Shown: in pieces, positions 50,883 through 63,604 of the stretch | Layout: every line of letters starts with the position of its first letter | Position numbering within the stretch: the stretch's first letter is position 1 | Assembly: GCF_001194135.2 (NCBI RefSeq) | Contig: NC_068992.1 | Coordinates: forward strand, 56,957,025-57,021,024 | Origin: Octopus bimaculoides | Lineage: Eukaryota | DNA length: 64,000 nt | Reading direction: 5' to 3' | The notes under the pieces: generated by a model | Database searches by the model: none | The model's input: only the letters and a program-made list of their open reading frames with translations | What the model was told of the DNA's origin: nothing | Made by a program: the position numbers and the translations under genes

Positions 50883-51192
50883 AGGCGCAATAGTGCCGTG
50901 TTCATAGCACCGAATACACAAAATAAACCACAAAATGATAAGAGAGGCGCAATTGTGCCGTGTTCATAGCACCGAATACACAAAATAAACCACAAAATGA
51001 TAAGAGAGGCGCAATTGCGCCGTGTTCATAGCACCGAATACACAAAATAAACCGCAAAATGATAAGAGAGGCGCAATAGTGCCGTGTTCATAGCACCGAA
51101 TACACAAAATAAACCGCAAAATGATAAGAGAGGCGCAATTGTGCCGTGTTCATAGCACCGAATACACAAAATAAACCGCAAAATAATAAGAG
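50883..51192. repeat. 62-bp minisatellite x5
   Basis: Units start at 50883, 50945, 51007, 51069 and 51131: aggcgcaatagtgccgtgttcatagcaccgaatacacaaaataaaccacaaaatgataagag, with 0-3 differences between units. Confidence 0.97.
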
Positions 51193-51503
51193 ATGGAATT
51201 AATTATAAATACTATGAAGTGCAAGTTCCGATTAGAGAAACTGCGCCTTACTGCCAGTATGCTTTCGTGACATGAAAATATGTAAACAGGCTTCAAGCAG
51301 AAAAACTTCAAATAACGAATAACTTATATATATGAAATCTGGTACTATTATGAATATTATATTTCCGTCGTCTTGTTTAGTCTTTCTTGCTCTCTCTGTC
51401 TCTCTCTCTCTGTCTCTCTCTCTCTGTCTCTCTGTCTCTCTGTCTCTCTCTCTTACTCTTTCTGTCTATCTGCCTCATTGCCTGTCAGTGTGGCTTTCTG
51501 TCG

Positions 51504-51560
<57 letters not shown>

Positions 51561-51830
51561 ACACACACACACATACACACGCACACACAACACCCTGTTT
51601 GCGTGTAGCTGTTTCCCCTCCCGCACCTGACTTTTTCTGAATCTAACGCAGTCATTTTGTAAATAGCTTTTCTCTATGTCTTCTAATACTCTCAAATATT
51701 TTTGGATGTCAAAGGTTTCCTTGTTTCATATTTATGTGTCCTATTTATCATTATGCTTGAAGATGCGGTCTAGTGAATAACGGTTGACCGTTAAAGTATA
51801 TCCGTAACGACAATAGTTACTGTTGGACAG

Positions 51831-51866
<36 letters not shown>

Positions 51867-51889
51867 TAATAATAATGATAATAATAATG

Positions 51890-51926
<37 letters not shown>

Positions 51927-51931
51927 TAATA

Positions 51932-51970
<39 letters not shown>

Positions 51971-51975
51971 TGATG

Positions 51976-52158
51976 ATTTTAATAGACAAGAACAAGCGAA
52001 ATTGCTTCCCGATTAATCTATCCTCTCCGTTTGATTTGAAGACAACGGAGAAAGAAAAGGAAACGTTAAGAATATACATTCCCTTAAAATTTGAGATTGG
52101 GAGAATTTGGAATATGAGATCTGTAAAGTTTGTGCCTGTAATCTCTATAATTATATGA
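51976..52158 (+). mobile_element. RLE non-LTR fragment (R4/Dong-like) between (AAT)n arrays
   Basis: ILIDKNKRNCFPINLSSPFDLKTTEKEKETLRIYIPLKFEIGRIWNMRSVKFVPVI is RLE-domain-like. Confidence 0.8.
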
Positions 52159-52194
52159 AGACGATAACTACAACAAAACCACAAGAACAACAGC

Positions 52195-52280
<86 letters not shown>

Positions 52281-52290
52281 TAGCTTCTCA

Positions 52291-53280
52291 AAATGCGTAC
52301 CCCACCTGAAAGTTAATAGCAACCATCTCTACCTACCGTGAAGGGAATGTGACAGAGGATTATTAAACGTAGAAGAAACTGTTAGGACTGCGATGCTGGG
52401 TCTGAAAAATTATGCTGTGCAAAGCATAGAAAGAATTCTATTGGAAACCAGAAATACCCAAAAAGAGACCGAAAGAGTAAGTGAATTCAAAGGGAAAAAG
52501 GAGAACTGCAGATCAAATAGAAATTTCTGCAACAAACCAAGAATGTTCGAAGTATCTTTTCTCCTCTGACTCTGGTTGACAGATGGGAGTTTCATACAAG
52601 TGACAAAATCACTAATGATATCCGCTCAGGAACAAGTCCTTAAAAGAAATATGATATAGATAAAGATAGACAAAATGCAGTGGGATAGTAAACGTAGGAT
52701 CTGCAGGAAAGGAGACGAAAGTATCAATCATTTTTTTAGTGAGTACAGTATGATAGCAGGAAAAAAATATAAGCCCAGACACAACTGTGTAGGCAAAATG
52801 GTGCATTGAGATGTTAGCCGAGCGTCCGGCTTCAAAGCAACAGAAAAGTGGTATGAACACAAACCAGAGGCTGTGATTGAAAATGAGAATTACAAATCCT
52901 TTTGTGATTCCCTCATAAGGACTGACAATACTATTGAAGCAAGATCAGATATTATCATAAAAGCCAGAAGAAAACTGTGTAAGATCATAGATTTTGCAAT
53001 TCCCTATGATAGCAGAGTCGACACCAAATAAATTTTGAGAAATTCAGAAATATCAGGGTCTAGCCAGAAATCTGAGGCGTTTGTGGAAGACCAAGATAAT
53101 TTGGAAAAACGCTAGCTAAAATACGAACAGAGACCGGAATTGAAATTCGCATTGTCAGCCTGTAGTAAAACACCATCTAATATTCTGCACGAATCTTAAG
53201 GAAGATTTTCGAGATCCGAGAGGTTTTGTTGCCACCAAACCTCAAGATAAATTATCTGTTATCTAAATTATGAAGCAGTA
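52291..53280 (+). mobile_element. RLE non-LTR retrotransposon 3' fragment (R4/Dong-like) flanked by (AAT)n
   Basis: HLKVNSNHLYLP*RECDRGLLNVEETV, LMISAQEQ, RHNCVGKMVH, KWYEHKPEAVIENE, CKIIDFAIPYDSRV and ARILRKIFEI, with stops. Confidence 0.9.
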
Positions 53281-53502
53281 GAGTAACAACAACAACAATA
53301 ATAATAATATAATAATAATAATAGTTCCAAATTTTGACACACACACACACACATCTACTTATGTTAGTGTGTGTGTATGTATGGAATGCATAGTTGAATC
53401 AAGCGTATATACATACATTTATAGTTATGTTTATATATATATATGTATAGTTGATATAATCGACGATACCAACCCCCTAAAATTGCTGGCCTTGTTCCGA
53501 AA

Positions 53503-53557
<55 letters not shown>

Positions 53558-54019
53558 ATAACTCCTAACTAAAATGATATGTTACTTTGTATTCGGATTT
53601 AAGATGTATTCTTCGAATTCTGAAACCTGTTGGGCTTATCAATTTATTTTCTACTCTGTTTACACATGTTTACATCGTTGATTATTAACCATGCTCCATA
53701 TGTTAGATAACTGTACATCTAAAGCAAGTTCTCAGTTATATCCCTGTAAATTTTCTTGTTATCAACCTCATCTTTAGAAACCGAAACATTTATACTTTCA
53801 TTATTTTCAATATTTAAATCTGAACTCAGCATCGTGTTATACTTTTCATCTGGTACAAGAAAGTACTAGTATTATCCCTTTTCCATAATGCACCAACTCA
53901 ATAGTTATATGTTTAAATAGTAAAATTTAAGTAATGTTGTTAATTAATCCTAATTTAGGTTAAACTATATCCGGTGATTACAAAATACAGCATAGAAAAT
54001 GTACTAAACGTTATTTTCA

Positions 54020-54250
54020 TAGCCTCAGACTGGCAACTGATATTAGTTCTCGTGGACAAATTTAAGTTCATAAATTACATCGTACCAGCAAAACTCCGCC
54101 CAGATATTGATCTTCACAAGTTCCTCTGAGCAAGTGATTACGTGGGAACTGAGTGTGTCATGGAAAGAACATACGGAGTAGCTCACAGCTGGGAACTTGC
54201 CGAATACCGGAAGTTGGTAGAGCCGTGGAGAAACAAGCACAGCAAAGAGG
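54020..54250 (+). mobile_element. HERO-like RLE non-LTR C-terminal fragment
   Basis: ASDWQL..YIVPAKLRPDI..EQVITWELSVSWKE..VAHSWELAEYRKLVE resembles the recalled HERO DWQL..LRPDIV..ELTVPWEE..AHE.K..KY motif. Frameshifted. Confidence 0.65.
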
Positions 54251-54280
54251 GGATCTTTAAATTTCATTACTGAAGCTTTC

Positions 54281-54407
54281 TAAAAGGCAAATAGTTGGCT
54301 TTCGCTAAAAGGCAACTAGTTGACTTTCAAAAAAGGCCACTAGTTGTCTTGGGATAAAAGGCCACTAGATGGTTTTCGATAAAATGCCAGTAGTTGGCTT
54401 TCAATAA
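54281..54407. repeat. About 25-bp tandem repeat x5 (aaaaggccactagttggctttcgat-like)
   Basis: Units at about 54282, 54307, 54331, 54356 and 54381. Confidence 0.85.
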
Positions 54408-54713
54408 GTACAAACTATTAGTGTACTTCTAATCGGATGTAAGCTGGAAGTTGATAAAATCTGGACGATGGAGTCTGATGTCGACCGACTCGAAAACCTT
54501 GCTACTGCAGAATCATTAATGATAACGCATTTCAAAACAACCGTGAAATGTGGTTTGAAACTAAAGGACTTGATAATTAGAGGAAATGATGTAGGTATCC
54601 ACTTTGTTGTACCACCGAGAATAGGAAGAGTATAATAATCAGAAAAATCTGTGAGTTGTTTGAAGGAGGATCGGTTCTGTTAGATATTGGAGAGATGTAA
54701 TGGTGTTTCTATC

Positions 54714-54786
<73 letters not shown>

Positions 54787-55321
54787 AGTTAAACGCAGGT
54801 GTTATTCAAATTCTTTTACTTCCCTGATAACTATTTATCTATTTTTTCCGTATTAATTGTTAACAAGGGAAAAATACACACATTTATTTATACATATATA
54901 TATATNNNNNNNNNNNNNNNNNNNNNNNNNNNNNNNNNNNNNNNNNNNNNNNNNNNNNNNNNNNNNNNNNNNNNNNNNNNNNNNNNNNNNNNNNNNNNTA
55001 TATATATACATACATACATACATCTGTATGTATGTGTACATCTGTATGTGTGTAGATATGTATGTGTATATATATATCAGAATAAGTATAAAAATGCGAA
55101 ACAAGGTAGAAAAAATACAACTCGAATACCGGAGATAGAGTATTACTAAAAAATAGCAAAGATATCACAAAAATATTTGTAATGTTTTTGCTACTTTTTT
55201 AATATATATATATGGATATATGCACACATATATATATTTATATGGATATATGCACATATACATATCTCTGTCTATATATATATATATATATACGCGTGTA
55301 TGTGTAAGTGTGGATGTATGT

Positions 55322-55362
<41 letters not shown>

Positions 55363-56582
55363 GTTTGAAGATAATGAATCACCATGGCTCTACTGATTTA
55401 CTCTCTTTGGGTCACTTTCCAATATCCAATCATATGCGCGTACAAAACATGTATGCATAGATATGTGCATGCATACATGCATGCTTCTATGCAAATATAC
55501 GTCGACATGCGTATACATAAACATTCACATTCACGTAAGCATATACACAACACTGCATATTCCAAGCGTAAGGCGAAATGCAATGGTGTTAGTGTACGAA
55601 ACCTGGCTTGTAGCGTGAATCATTTATTTATCTACCACCTGCCAGTATTCCTGGTATTTTCATCAGTTCAATCGTGTGTAATATATACTTATTTCATATT
55701 GGAAAAATATTTCAGAACTTTGAATGATCAGAGACTGGTAAAAAAAAATAAATATGATTGATTAACTTTGTTTTCAGAGATTTTTCCATATTCAAAGATT
55801 TTAATGTTTATTCGTTGCTTACTACTGAATTTGATCTGATAATTCCTGCAACACCTGTTGCTATAGTAGAATATTTGGGTGAACTTTACTTGAAATTAAT
55901 AACTATGCTAACCGTGCGCTAAGACATATTGTGTTGACTCTGTTTGTGAGGTGAATGTTGAGACTTTTATAGCTTTTAAGGGATTCACTTCATTAATCGA
56001 AACACATTTTCTTTTATCTAGAATGAAAATAAATGGAGAACAATTGTAAACAGTAAATCAATTTAGGTGAGATAACGGAGCTCCAGTTGGAATAACTGAG
56101 CTATCGGTAAATCACCAAAGTTCTCATTAATATGACAGCATATACATTGAATTTACGTCAACGCGAGCTTTGGAGTTACAGGATGGTAAACCCTTCTAAA
56201 AATATGTATAATTCGTAAAAGTGTTTCGACTGAAGCGTTTTTGTTGCGTTCATTTTAGCAATGGTGATGGTGTGTAAGAAGTCATAATAATTTAACTTTT
56301 TGCAGTTTTGTTTTTATTATATATCTCTTGTAGTTGGTATATGCAGGTGTGTATGTGTGTGTGTGTGTGTAAATTGCGATGCAGACGTAGCTAAAACGAG
56401 ATTTCTAGAAATATTCAGGCCTTTGTTCGAGGGAAAGTTATAACAGACCTCGATTAACGTAATTTTAGTATATATATATTTAGTACATATCTAATAAGCT
56501 GACCTGCCAACTCCCATATTGAAAGAGGCGGCTACTAAGTACTGCTTGCCACGGATGACTAGTTTGTAGAGTGCAGTCGGGA

Positions 56583-57130
56583 TGGAAGCTTGCTATGCAG
56601 TAAAGTTTTGTGTTAAACTCGGAAAATTTTTTTTACATAAACTCATGAAATGCTTCAGACTGGTTATTGATTAAATTCTTGACTGACACGAGAGATTCAA
56701 GGAAGGTAGTGAGGAAATGAGAGACACTGAGGGGTGTGTGAACATATGGGCTGGTTGAGAAAATTCTCAGTATTCTGGATGAAGGCCGTCCGATGTCTAT
56801 AAAGACAGTAAGCATTCAGTGAATAGCAAGTTTGGGGCTGTACACAGAATTATTCATGAAGAACTGAAAATGCTCAAAATTACGCAAAATTTGTGTAAAG
56901 TTTGTTCCCAGGGTGCTCAGTGACGAGCATCCTAGTAAACAATTACTTAATAAAATGGGCATCAATACTGATTCTCAGACTCCTACTTTCCAGACGTTGT
57001 TCACTCAGTAGAAGTTGTTTTGAAGATGAAGGAGGCTATACAAAGATCCAGGACACTATCGCTTTTGAGGATCTGCAGGGGCCTTAACAAAATGTCTAGA
57101 GTGCTACAACTACAACAATGTTAGAGGATC
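56583..57130 (+). mobile_element. Mariner remnant with internal deletion
   Basis: YAVKFCVKLGK, ERFKEG, GAVHRIIHEELKM..KFVPRVLSD, then a jump to YL.KMGI..FEDEGGYTK-region C-terminal fragments. Confidence 0.8.
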
Positions 57131-57175
57131 CTACAATGACGGAGATTACAGTCTTGTACTTCTTTCGTAATGTTG

Positions 57176-57294
57176 TATCGCAATACTACACAGTGGCTGT
57201 GTGCGTTACGAAGTTCTCGTCGCCACTATTATATCGCAATACTGCACAGTGGCTGTGTGAGCTACGAAATCCTCGTCGCCACTGTTATATCGCA
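57176..57294. repeat. 56-bp tandem repeat x2.1
   Basis: Units at 57176 and 57232, partial at 57288. Each holds the hairpin acacag-tgg-ctgtgt. Confidence 0.9.
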
Positions 57295-57426
57295 CATTCG
57301 GATGACCTCTACTCAACTACTCCAACGTCTATACTTCTCCCTCCATATCTACGTATTGGGATAGCCTACTTCATCGTCTCGGGGCATCGACACAACACAT
57401 ATTAACATATGTCTCTCCTAAGGAAC

Positions 57427-57635
57427 GAGCTGGCAGAATATTAGTACACCGGGCAAAATGCTCAGCAGGATTTTGTCCGTCTTTACGTTCTGAGTTTAAA
57501 TTCCGCCGAGCTCGACTGTACCTTTCATCCTTTCTGGGTCAATGAAATAAGTACTTGGTGAGCACTAGGCTCGATGTAATCGACAGCCTCCTCCCCAAAA
57601 ATTGCTGACCTTATGCCAAAATTTGAAACCAATAT
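57427..57635 (+). mobile_element. tRNA-derived SINE, family A, well preserved
   Basis: gagctggcagaatattag...gagtttaaattccgccgag...ctcgatgtaatcgac...aaatttgaaacc. Confidence 0.9.
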
Positions 57636-58287
57636 ATGTGTCCCTCCTGATAAAGTCTTAAACTTCTAGTCTCTATCTTTTCATTGTATCTTTTTATAAA
57701 TGTTCGCTTCAAACACCACTTTGAATAGAAGTCGAAGGTTGTCCTTGGGATAGAAATTCACATCTGCAAACTTTTTCTATCCAAATGGTTTTTAACCCAA
57801 TATTCATATACAATTATTTATAGCTTTATCTGATTCGAGATTAACTGATCCCCAGATCCCCAAACGAAATGTTTATTATCTCGAAATTTATAAAATTCTT
57901 ATGACGTTAACACACGCACATATCTTCATTGGTACATATTTTTCTCACAATAAATATATTGTGTGTCCATATACGAATATATGACATTATAGAAAGCAGT
58001 AATAAATACGACAGATGTCCGTCGTATAACAGGGAAATATTGGTTGTGAAACTCACTAAATTTTGGAATGAAAATTACTCAGGATCGATGCAATCCCATT
58101 TTTATAGGTTGTTTTTTTCAACACGATCTTCTGACAGCAGTATTCTAAATGACAAGGTTTTGCTCTGTTATTTTTATTACTTATTATTTATCCATTTATT
58201 TATTTTATCTATTTTAATTTTTTTTTTTTTTGCTTACTGATAAATAACGTGAAATTTATAGTGAAAATAATTATAGTATGAAAAGAA

Positions 58288-58366
58288 AATGATGATGGGG
58301 ATGAGAAGGAGTAATAATAGGGCGATGATGGTGACGACGACGACGACGACGATGGTGATGATGATG

Positions 58367-58407
<41 letters not shown>

Positions 58408-58435
58408 TGATGATGAGAAGGAGTAATAATAGGGC

Positions 58436-58486
<51 letters not shown>

Positions 58487-58511
58487 GATGATGATGCTGG
58501 TGGTGATGATG

Positions 58512-58543
<32 letters not shown>

Positions 58544-58783
58544 GATGATGATGATGATGACGACGACGACGATGATGGTGATGACGATGATGATGATGAT
58601 GATGATGGTGATGATAACGGCGACGACGACGACGACGATGATGATGATGATGATGATGATGACGACGACGACGATGATGGTGATGATGATGGTGATGATG
58701 ATAATGACGACGACGACGACGATGGTGATGACGATGATGATGATGATGATGATGGTGATGATAACGACGACGACGACGACGAC

Positions 58784-58815
<32 letters not shown>

Positions 58816-59060
58816 CGTCGACGATGACTACAATGAGGATGTTGACGACGACAACGACGATGATGATGATGACGATGACGTTGCTGATGATCATGATCAG
58901 GAACATCATTGTGATCGTGGTGACGGTGAGGAGGAGGTGGGGGGGATCATGATAGTCAGGAGGAAGATGATGATGATTTTGATGATGATCAGGTTGATCG
59001 TGATGATGATCATCATCATCATTCATGATGAAGGACATGATGACGACCACGACGATAATA
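58288..59060. repeat. Long degenerate (GAT/GAC)n trinucleotide array
   Basis: About 770 bp. The internal block gatgagaaggagtaataatagggcgatgatg occurs twice. Confidence 0.95.
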
Positions 59061-59936
59061 ATAGTTGTAAAAAAATTCTTAGCTTTGCTATCCATTAATT
59101 GGATGTATTCTGTTCGGAGGAAAGAAAAAAAAGAGAAAATATCACGTATTCATATTTTTCCATCAATACTTGTACTTTGGTATTGCGTAAAAATAAAATT
59201 AAAAATAACATCTTCTATTAAAAAAAAAATAAAGTAATCGTATGTGGTATATCTGATATCCCTGGGTGATATATTTTAAATATGAAAAAAAAAAATTATT
59301 TCAATAAATGTATAAATTATAATTATGAAAAAAACGAATAAATATCAAACCATGTCAACATTGCTTTCAGTAAGCCTGAGTTGGTCCGAGTGATTTTGCA
59401 TTTTTTTTTTGAGGACGGGGGGTCTTTTTGTATTGTCCAATCGATTAGAGAGAAGCAAAACGGAAATATGCATAAGTATCTTAGTTATATAACGTAATTA
59501 TTTTTCTTTTTGTCAAACACACGTACAATATGTCAAAAAAACTCGATTTCAAACCATTCATATGAGATATATTAAATATGGTCTTACTCATATATGTGTG
59601 TATGTGTATGTGTGTGTGTTTGTATAAATCAACACAAATACTATGACACTGATGAAATATATGTTTTTCAGTACAATATGCATCCTCATATGTACAGGAC
59701 AACAAAAGAAGGTGACATTTATAAATCTAAATTGGCTGTCCGAACGAGAGAATTTCTATTACGGTTTTAAAAAGGACAAAATTTTGTAGATGTCATTTTT
59801 TCCTAATATATCATGGCTATAAAAGTTTGGGAAGACTTCCGTAATTGTACTGAGTATTGTGACAAACAGACAAAACGCATGAATATCTATCTGGTCGATT
59901 TATCTATGCTGCCTGTGCTTATATAGCTTATATATA

Positions 59937-59992
<56 letters not shown>

Positions 59993-60099
59993 AAATTTAG
60001 TGATGAGGGATAATCTGTACAGGCAAAATATTTCATATGTTCTCTGTTAATGCAGATACATCAGTTTAACACGTTGATAGATAGACTGATAGATAGACT

Positions 60100-60159
<60 letters not shown>

Positions 60160-60194
60160 CCTACATACATACATATAAACATACATATATACGA

Positions 60195-60510
60195 CGATCC
60201 GATCCGATCAATGGACCAGCCTATTCGTAAAATTAACGTCCGAGTGGCGGAGCACTCCACAGACACGTGTACCCTCAACGTAGTTCTTGGGGAGATACAG
60301 CGTGACACAGAGTGTGACAAGGCTGGCCCTTTGAAACAGGAAGAGTTAGTAAGCTATGGTGAAACAGTACAGCAAGGTTCGCTAACACCGCCTGCTGAAG
60401 CCTCGTGGAGATTTTGGTGCTGTCGCTCAATAAACACTCACTGTTTGGGAATCGAAACCCTTCTTTCTAGCTCTCCTGTGCGACCCCTCTGTCCGGCATT
60501 CCCCATGATA
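60195..60510 (-). mobile_element. Family C SINE
   Basis: Reverse complement matches 22929-23315 (agggccagccttgtcacactctgtgtcacgctg...gtctgtggagtgctc). Confidence 0.85.
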
Positions 60511-60519
60511 GATCGCTAG

Positions 60520-60700
60520 CCACTACACCTTCTTTATTTTCTCTCCTTGTTTCTTTCTGTATTCCTTTCTGCGGAAGAGCGTAGGCTCGAAACGTTAAAG
60601 ACATTTTCACTTCCCAAGCATTAAACTAATACATCTGTTTGTTGTCTACACCACCTATCTTCGTCTTTTGTCTTTTTGTTTTTTGTGAATTCTCTCCCAT
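60520..60700 (+). mobile_element. Hammerhead-bearing dispersed repeat, family H-A
   Basis: cttt-ctgcgga-a-gagcgtaggctc-gaaa-cgt-t-aaag at 60565-60600. Flanks match 10247-10410. Confidence 0.6.
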
Positions 60701-61069
60701 ATATATATATATACACTCACACACACACACACATACACATGCGTCTTTATCGTTTTGTTTACTCCCACCTCGGCTTGGCAACAGGTGTTGCTTTCTTAAC
60801 GTTCTTGTAGCGTCACGATTTCGCAAACGATCCCGTTAGAGTTAGAACTAAAGTTGGAAATAAAAAGTCTTGGTATCGTTTTATTCGAGTAAAACCATTT
60901 AAACCAGTGGTCTTGTACAGTTGCAGTCCAATGACCTAAATAATTAAATAATTCAAAACAAAAACTAAATCGTACATTGAATCACATTAGCTTTTCAGAA
61001 ATAACACCCTTTTCACATTTTTTAGGGTACCAGGATCTAAATATGCACCATGTGATTGCTTTTTTCAAA

Positions 61070-61103
<34 letters not shown>

Positions 61104-61287
61104 CACAGTCTGAGAAGAACTATAAATCCNNNNNNNNNNNNNNNNNNNNNNNNNNNNNNNNNNNNNNNNNNNNNNNNNNNNNNNNNNNNNNNNNNNNNNN
61201 NNNNNNNNNNNNNNNNNNNNNNNNNNNNNNNNNNNNNNNNNNNNNNNNNNNNNNNNNNNNNNNCACCATGTGATTGCTTTTTTCAAA

Positions 61288-61321
<34 letters not shown>

Positions 61322-61688
61322 CACAGTCTGAGAAGAACTATAAATCCGTAACCCCAAATTAGTTTTCCTGTAGGCTTTTTCACCATCTAGATTATTTGTA
61401 TCATTAAATCAATTGGTGAAGACAGAAGCAGCCACACTAAGACAGAAGAACATCAATCCGTAACTTAGATGAAATCGACTTGTTCATTGTCTTCTACCCT
61501 TTTAATTGTTTCAGTCAATGGAATTGTGGCTATGATGGGGCAAACCCCAGAAGGTTTTCATTTAGTAGAGTCAATTCGTTAATTGACTCCAGTACATAAT
61601 TTTGTAAATGCCGTAATAATTCCTACAGTCTCAACGAATATCTATGGTTGAACAAAGGTGGTTGACACACCCTATACACATATATACA

Positions 61689-61921
61689 CAGTTGGCCAAA
61701 ATTCACCTGACAGTAAATCAAAACCATTTAATTCCAAGATTGAAACAAACAATTATTTTATATGAAACTTCGCTAATATATAGACAAATGTGGGCAAAAT
61801 GGTGGTTTTAACTCACAGCATTCAATTATTTAGCATTCATAACTAGAATGAATATATAAAATTGAATATTAAGTATTTATATAATTTTTATTTACTGTCG
61901 AGTGACTTTTAGCCAAAACTG
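61689..61921. mobile_element. Tc1/mariner-type MITE
   Basis: About 30-bp imperfect TIRs cagttggccaaaattcacctgacagtaaat / atttactgtcgagtgacttttagccaaaactg, AT-rich interior, TA on the right flank. Confidence 0.6.
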
Positions 61922-63604
61922 TATACATATACACGCATAAGTATAGATATAGATGTACCATAAGCTTCTTTCAGTTTCCATCAACCAAATCCACTCAACA
62001 AATGCTTTCTCCCATAGCCTAGACACAACATGCCCAAGATGCTACGGAATGAAACTCAACCCGGAATCGTGTGGACAGTAATCAAACTTCTTACCACAGG
62101 ATAAAGCATGCGAATGTAAAGTGCGTTTGAACCAATGAAAGGTGAATAGTAACTAATTGAACTTCAGAATACATGATACGCGAAAGTCTGCAAAATAGTT
62201 GATGGAATCTGAATGAATGGAATTACAAAGATATTAATGAAAACACACACACACACCAATACACACAAATAGAGATATAGATCACTGCTTCGAGGTAAGG
62301 AGAGTATGTAATGGAAGATTTGTCTATCTTAAATATTCTATGAATTCTGTCGGGAAACTTTTCCTGTATCGCAGTTGTGAAATGGAATTTTAACCAGAAA
62401 AGTGTCGGTCTCCTTCGAGCAATGATTCAACATACACTTTAACTCTGGAATGTGTATTCTACTTAAGATAAAAAGTTATTGAATTCTCTTTTAACAACCA
62501 AATGTATGAAGGTTTCATTGCTTTTCTGTGAATGTCTGAATGAATACAAACCAGATAATATCTGAACTTAAAATGGTTTGCGTTCATAACATGGGGAAGT
62601 TTTTGAGTGGTTGATAGTAGTAATTTTACATACACGGAGTTAATAATTATATTCACTCCTATACAATACGGTAGCTATATAATTTTCGACACGTCCTTCA
62701 AATTCTTAGAAACCATTACATCATAAATACAATCAATTAGATAATAATAAAAAACAAAATGTACTATTTAAATTTTCCATGTTATATCTCCAAAAGTTCG
62801 AGACTTCTTGGCTTGAACAAAATAAAATCATCAAGAAACAGTACACCAGTCTCTGTAATTCTTGTGAAATATCGAACGGCCCACCGGATTCTAATTGTTT
62901 GGCAAAACTTATAGTTTTATTTAGAAGCAAACAAATTTCGTTGGTTTAATACATCTAGTTGTTAAAGGATCATTTTTTAAATACCTTCAACGTAAATGAA
63001 ATATATTCTTTACAGCTAAATATTCATGAAATTCAGTAATACTTGCATTATTTACTTTATTACAGGTGTCATTGTATGTTAAAACCTTATTATTCAGCAT
63101 CCATTCAGAAGGGTTTCGCAACTGAATTCGTAAAGTTTTTAAAACATACGGGCAGACATACCCATTTGCTACACAGGCTCGCATCGCAGTCGCATGGTTT
63201 CGAGTTCAATCCCACTGCGTTGCACTTTGGACACAAATGTCTTCTGCGATAACCCGAGCTGACCAATGCCTGACATTTGAATACATGCTCAGCTTTCGTG
63301 ATGTTAAAAAGTTTCCTTGGCAACCATGTATTTCTAAGATCGATATTAAAAAACACGGAACTTTGGACAGTGTCCAGCATCTTAGCTTTACAAATACATT
63401 GTGAGTGAATGTGATTCGTGTGACAAGAACTGTATAAAAACTCATAATGTATTTTAGTGTGTGTAAGTGCATGCGCGTGTGTATGTCTACTCACACTCGC
63501 GTGCCCAGGCGCGCGCTATCGCATACGCATTCATATGTGTACATATCTACATAGAAGCAGTGTAGTTCTATGCGTGTAGGCACTGATATGGCTTTGTGGA
63601 TATA

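Larger units (their letters stand above)
710..61263. other. 16 assembly gaps (N runs) scattered across the window
   Basis: Gaps start near 710, 4146, 10728, 12927, 15889, 17065, 21617, 28297, 29921, 37478, 39800, 40712, 48220, 49756, 54906 and 61130. Almost all abut (TA)n, (CT)n or (CA)n. Confidence 0.95.

Noticed and set aside
50883-51192. CRISPR-like array
   Set aside because: Head-to-tail units without unique spacers, eukaryotic context, no cas genes.
58288-59095. Long poly-Asp, poly-Met/Thr or poly-Ile/His ORFs resembling acidic biomineral proteins
   Set aside because: These are by-products of a (GAT/GAC)n array. Single substitutions in GAT do not create stops, so openness is uninformative. 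No signal peptide, splice sites or unique flanking coding sequence.
61046-61347. Exact 84-bp duplication (61046-61129 and 61264-61347) on both sides of an N gap
   Set aside because: Identical sequence including microsatellite length directly flanking a gap is the signature of unmerged overlapping contig ends, so most likely an assembly artefact.
680-61386. Numerous long ORFs made of X, YI, CV, ER, poly-I/L/N
   Set aside because: Artefacts of N gaps and microsatellites.
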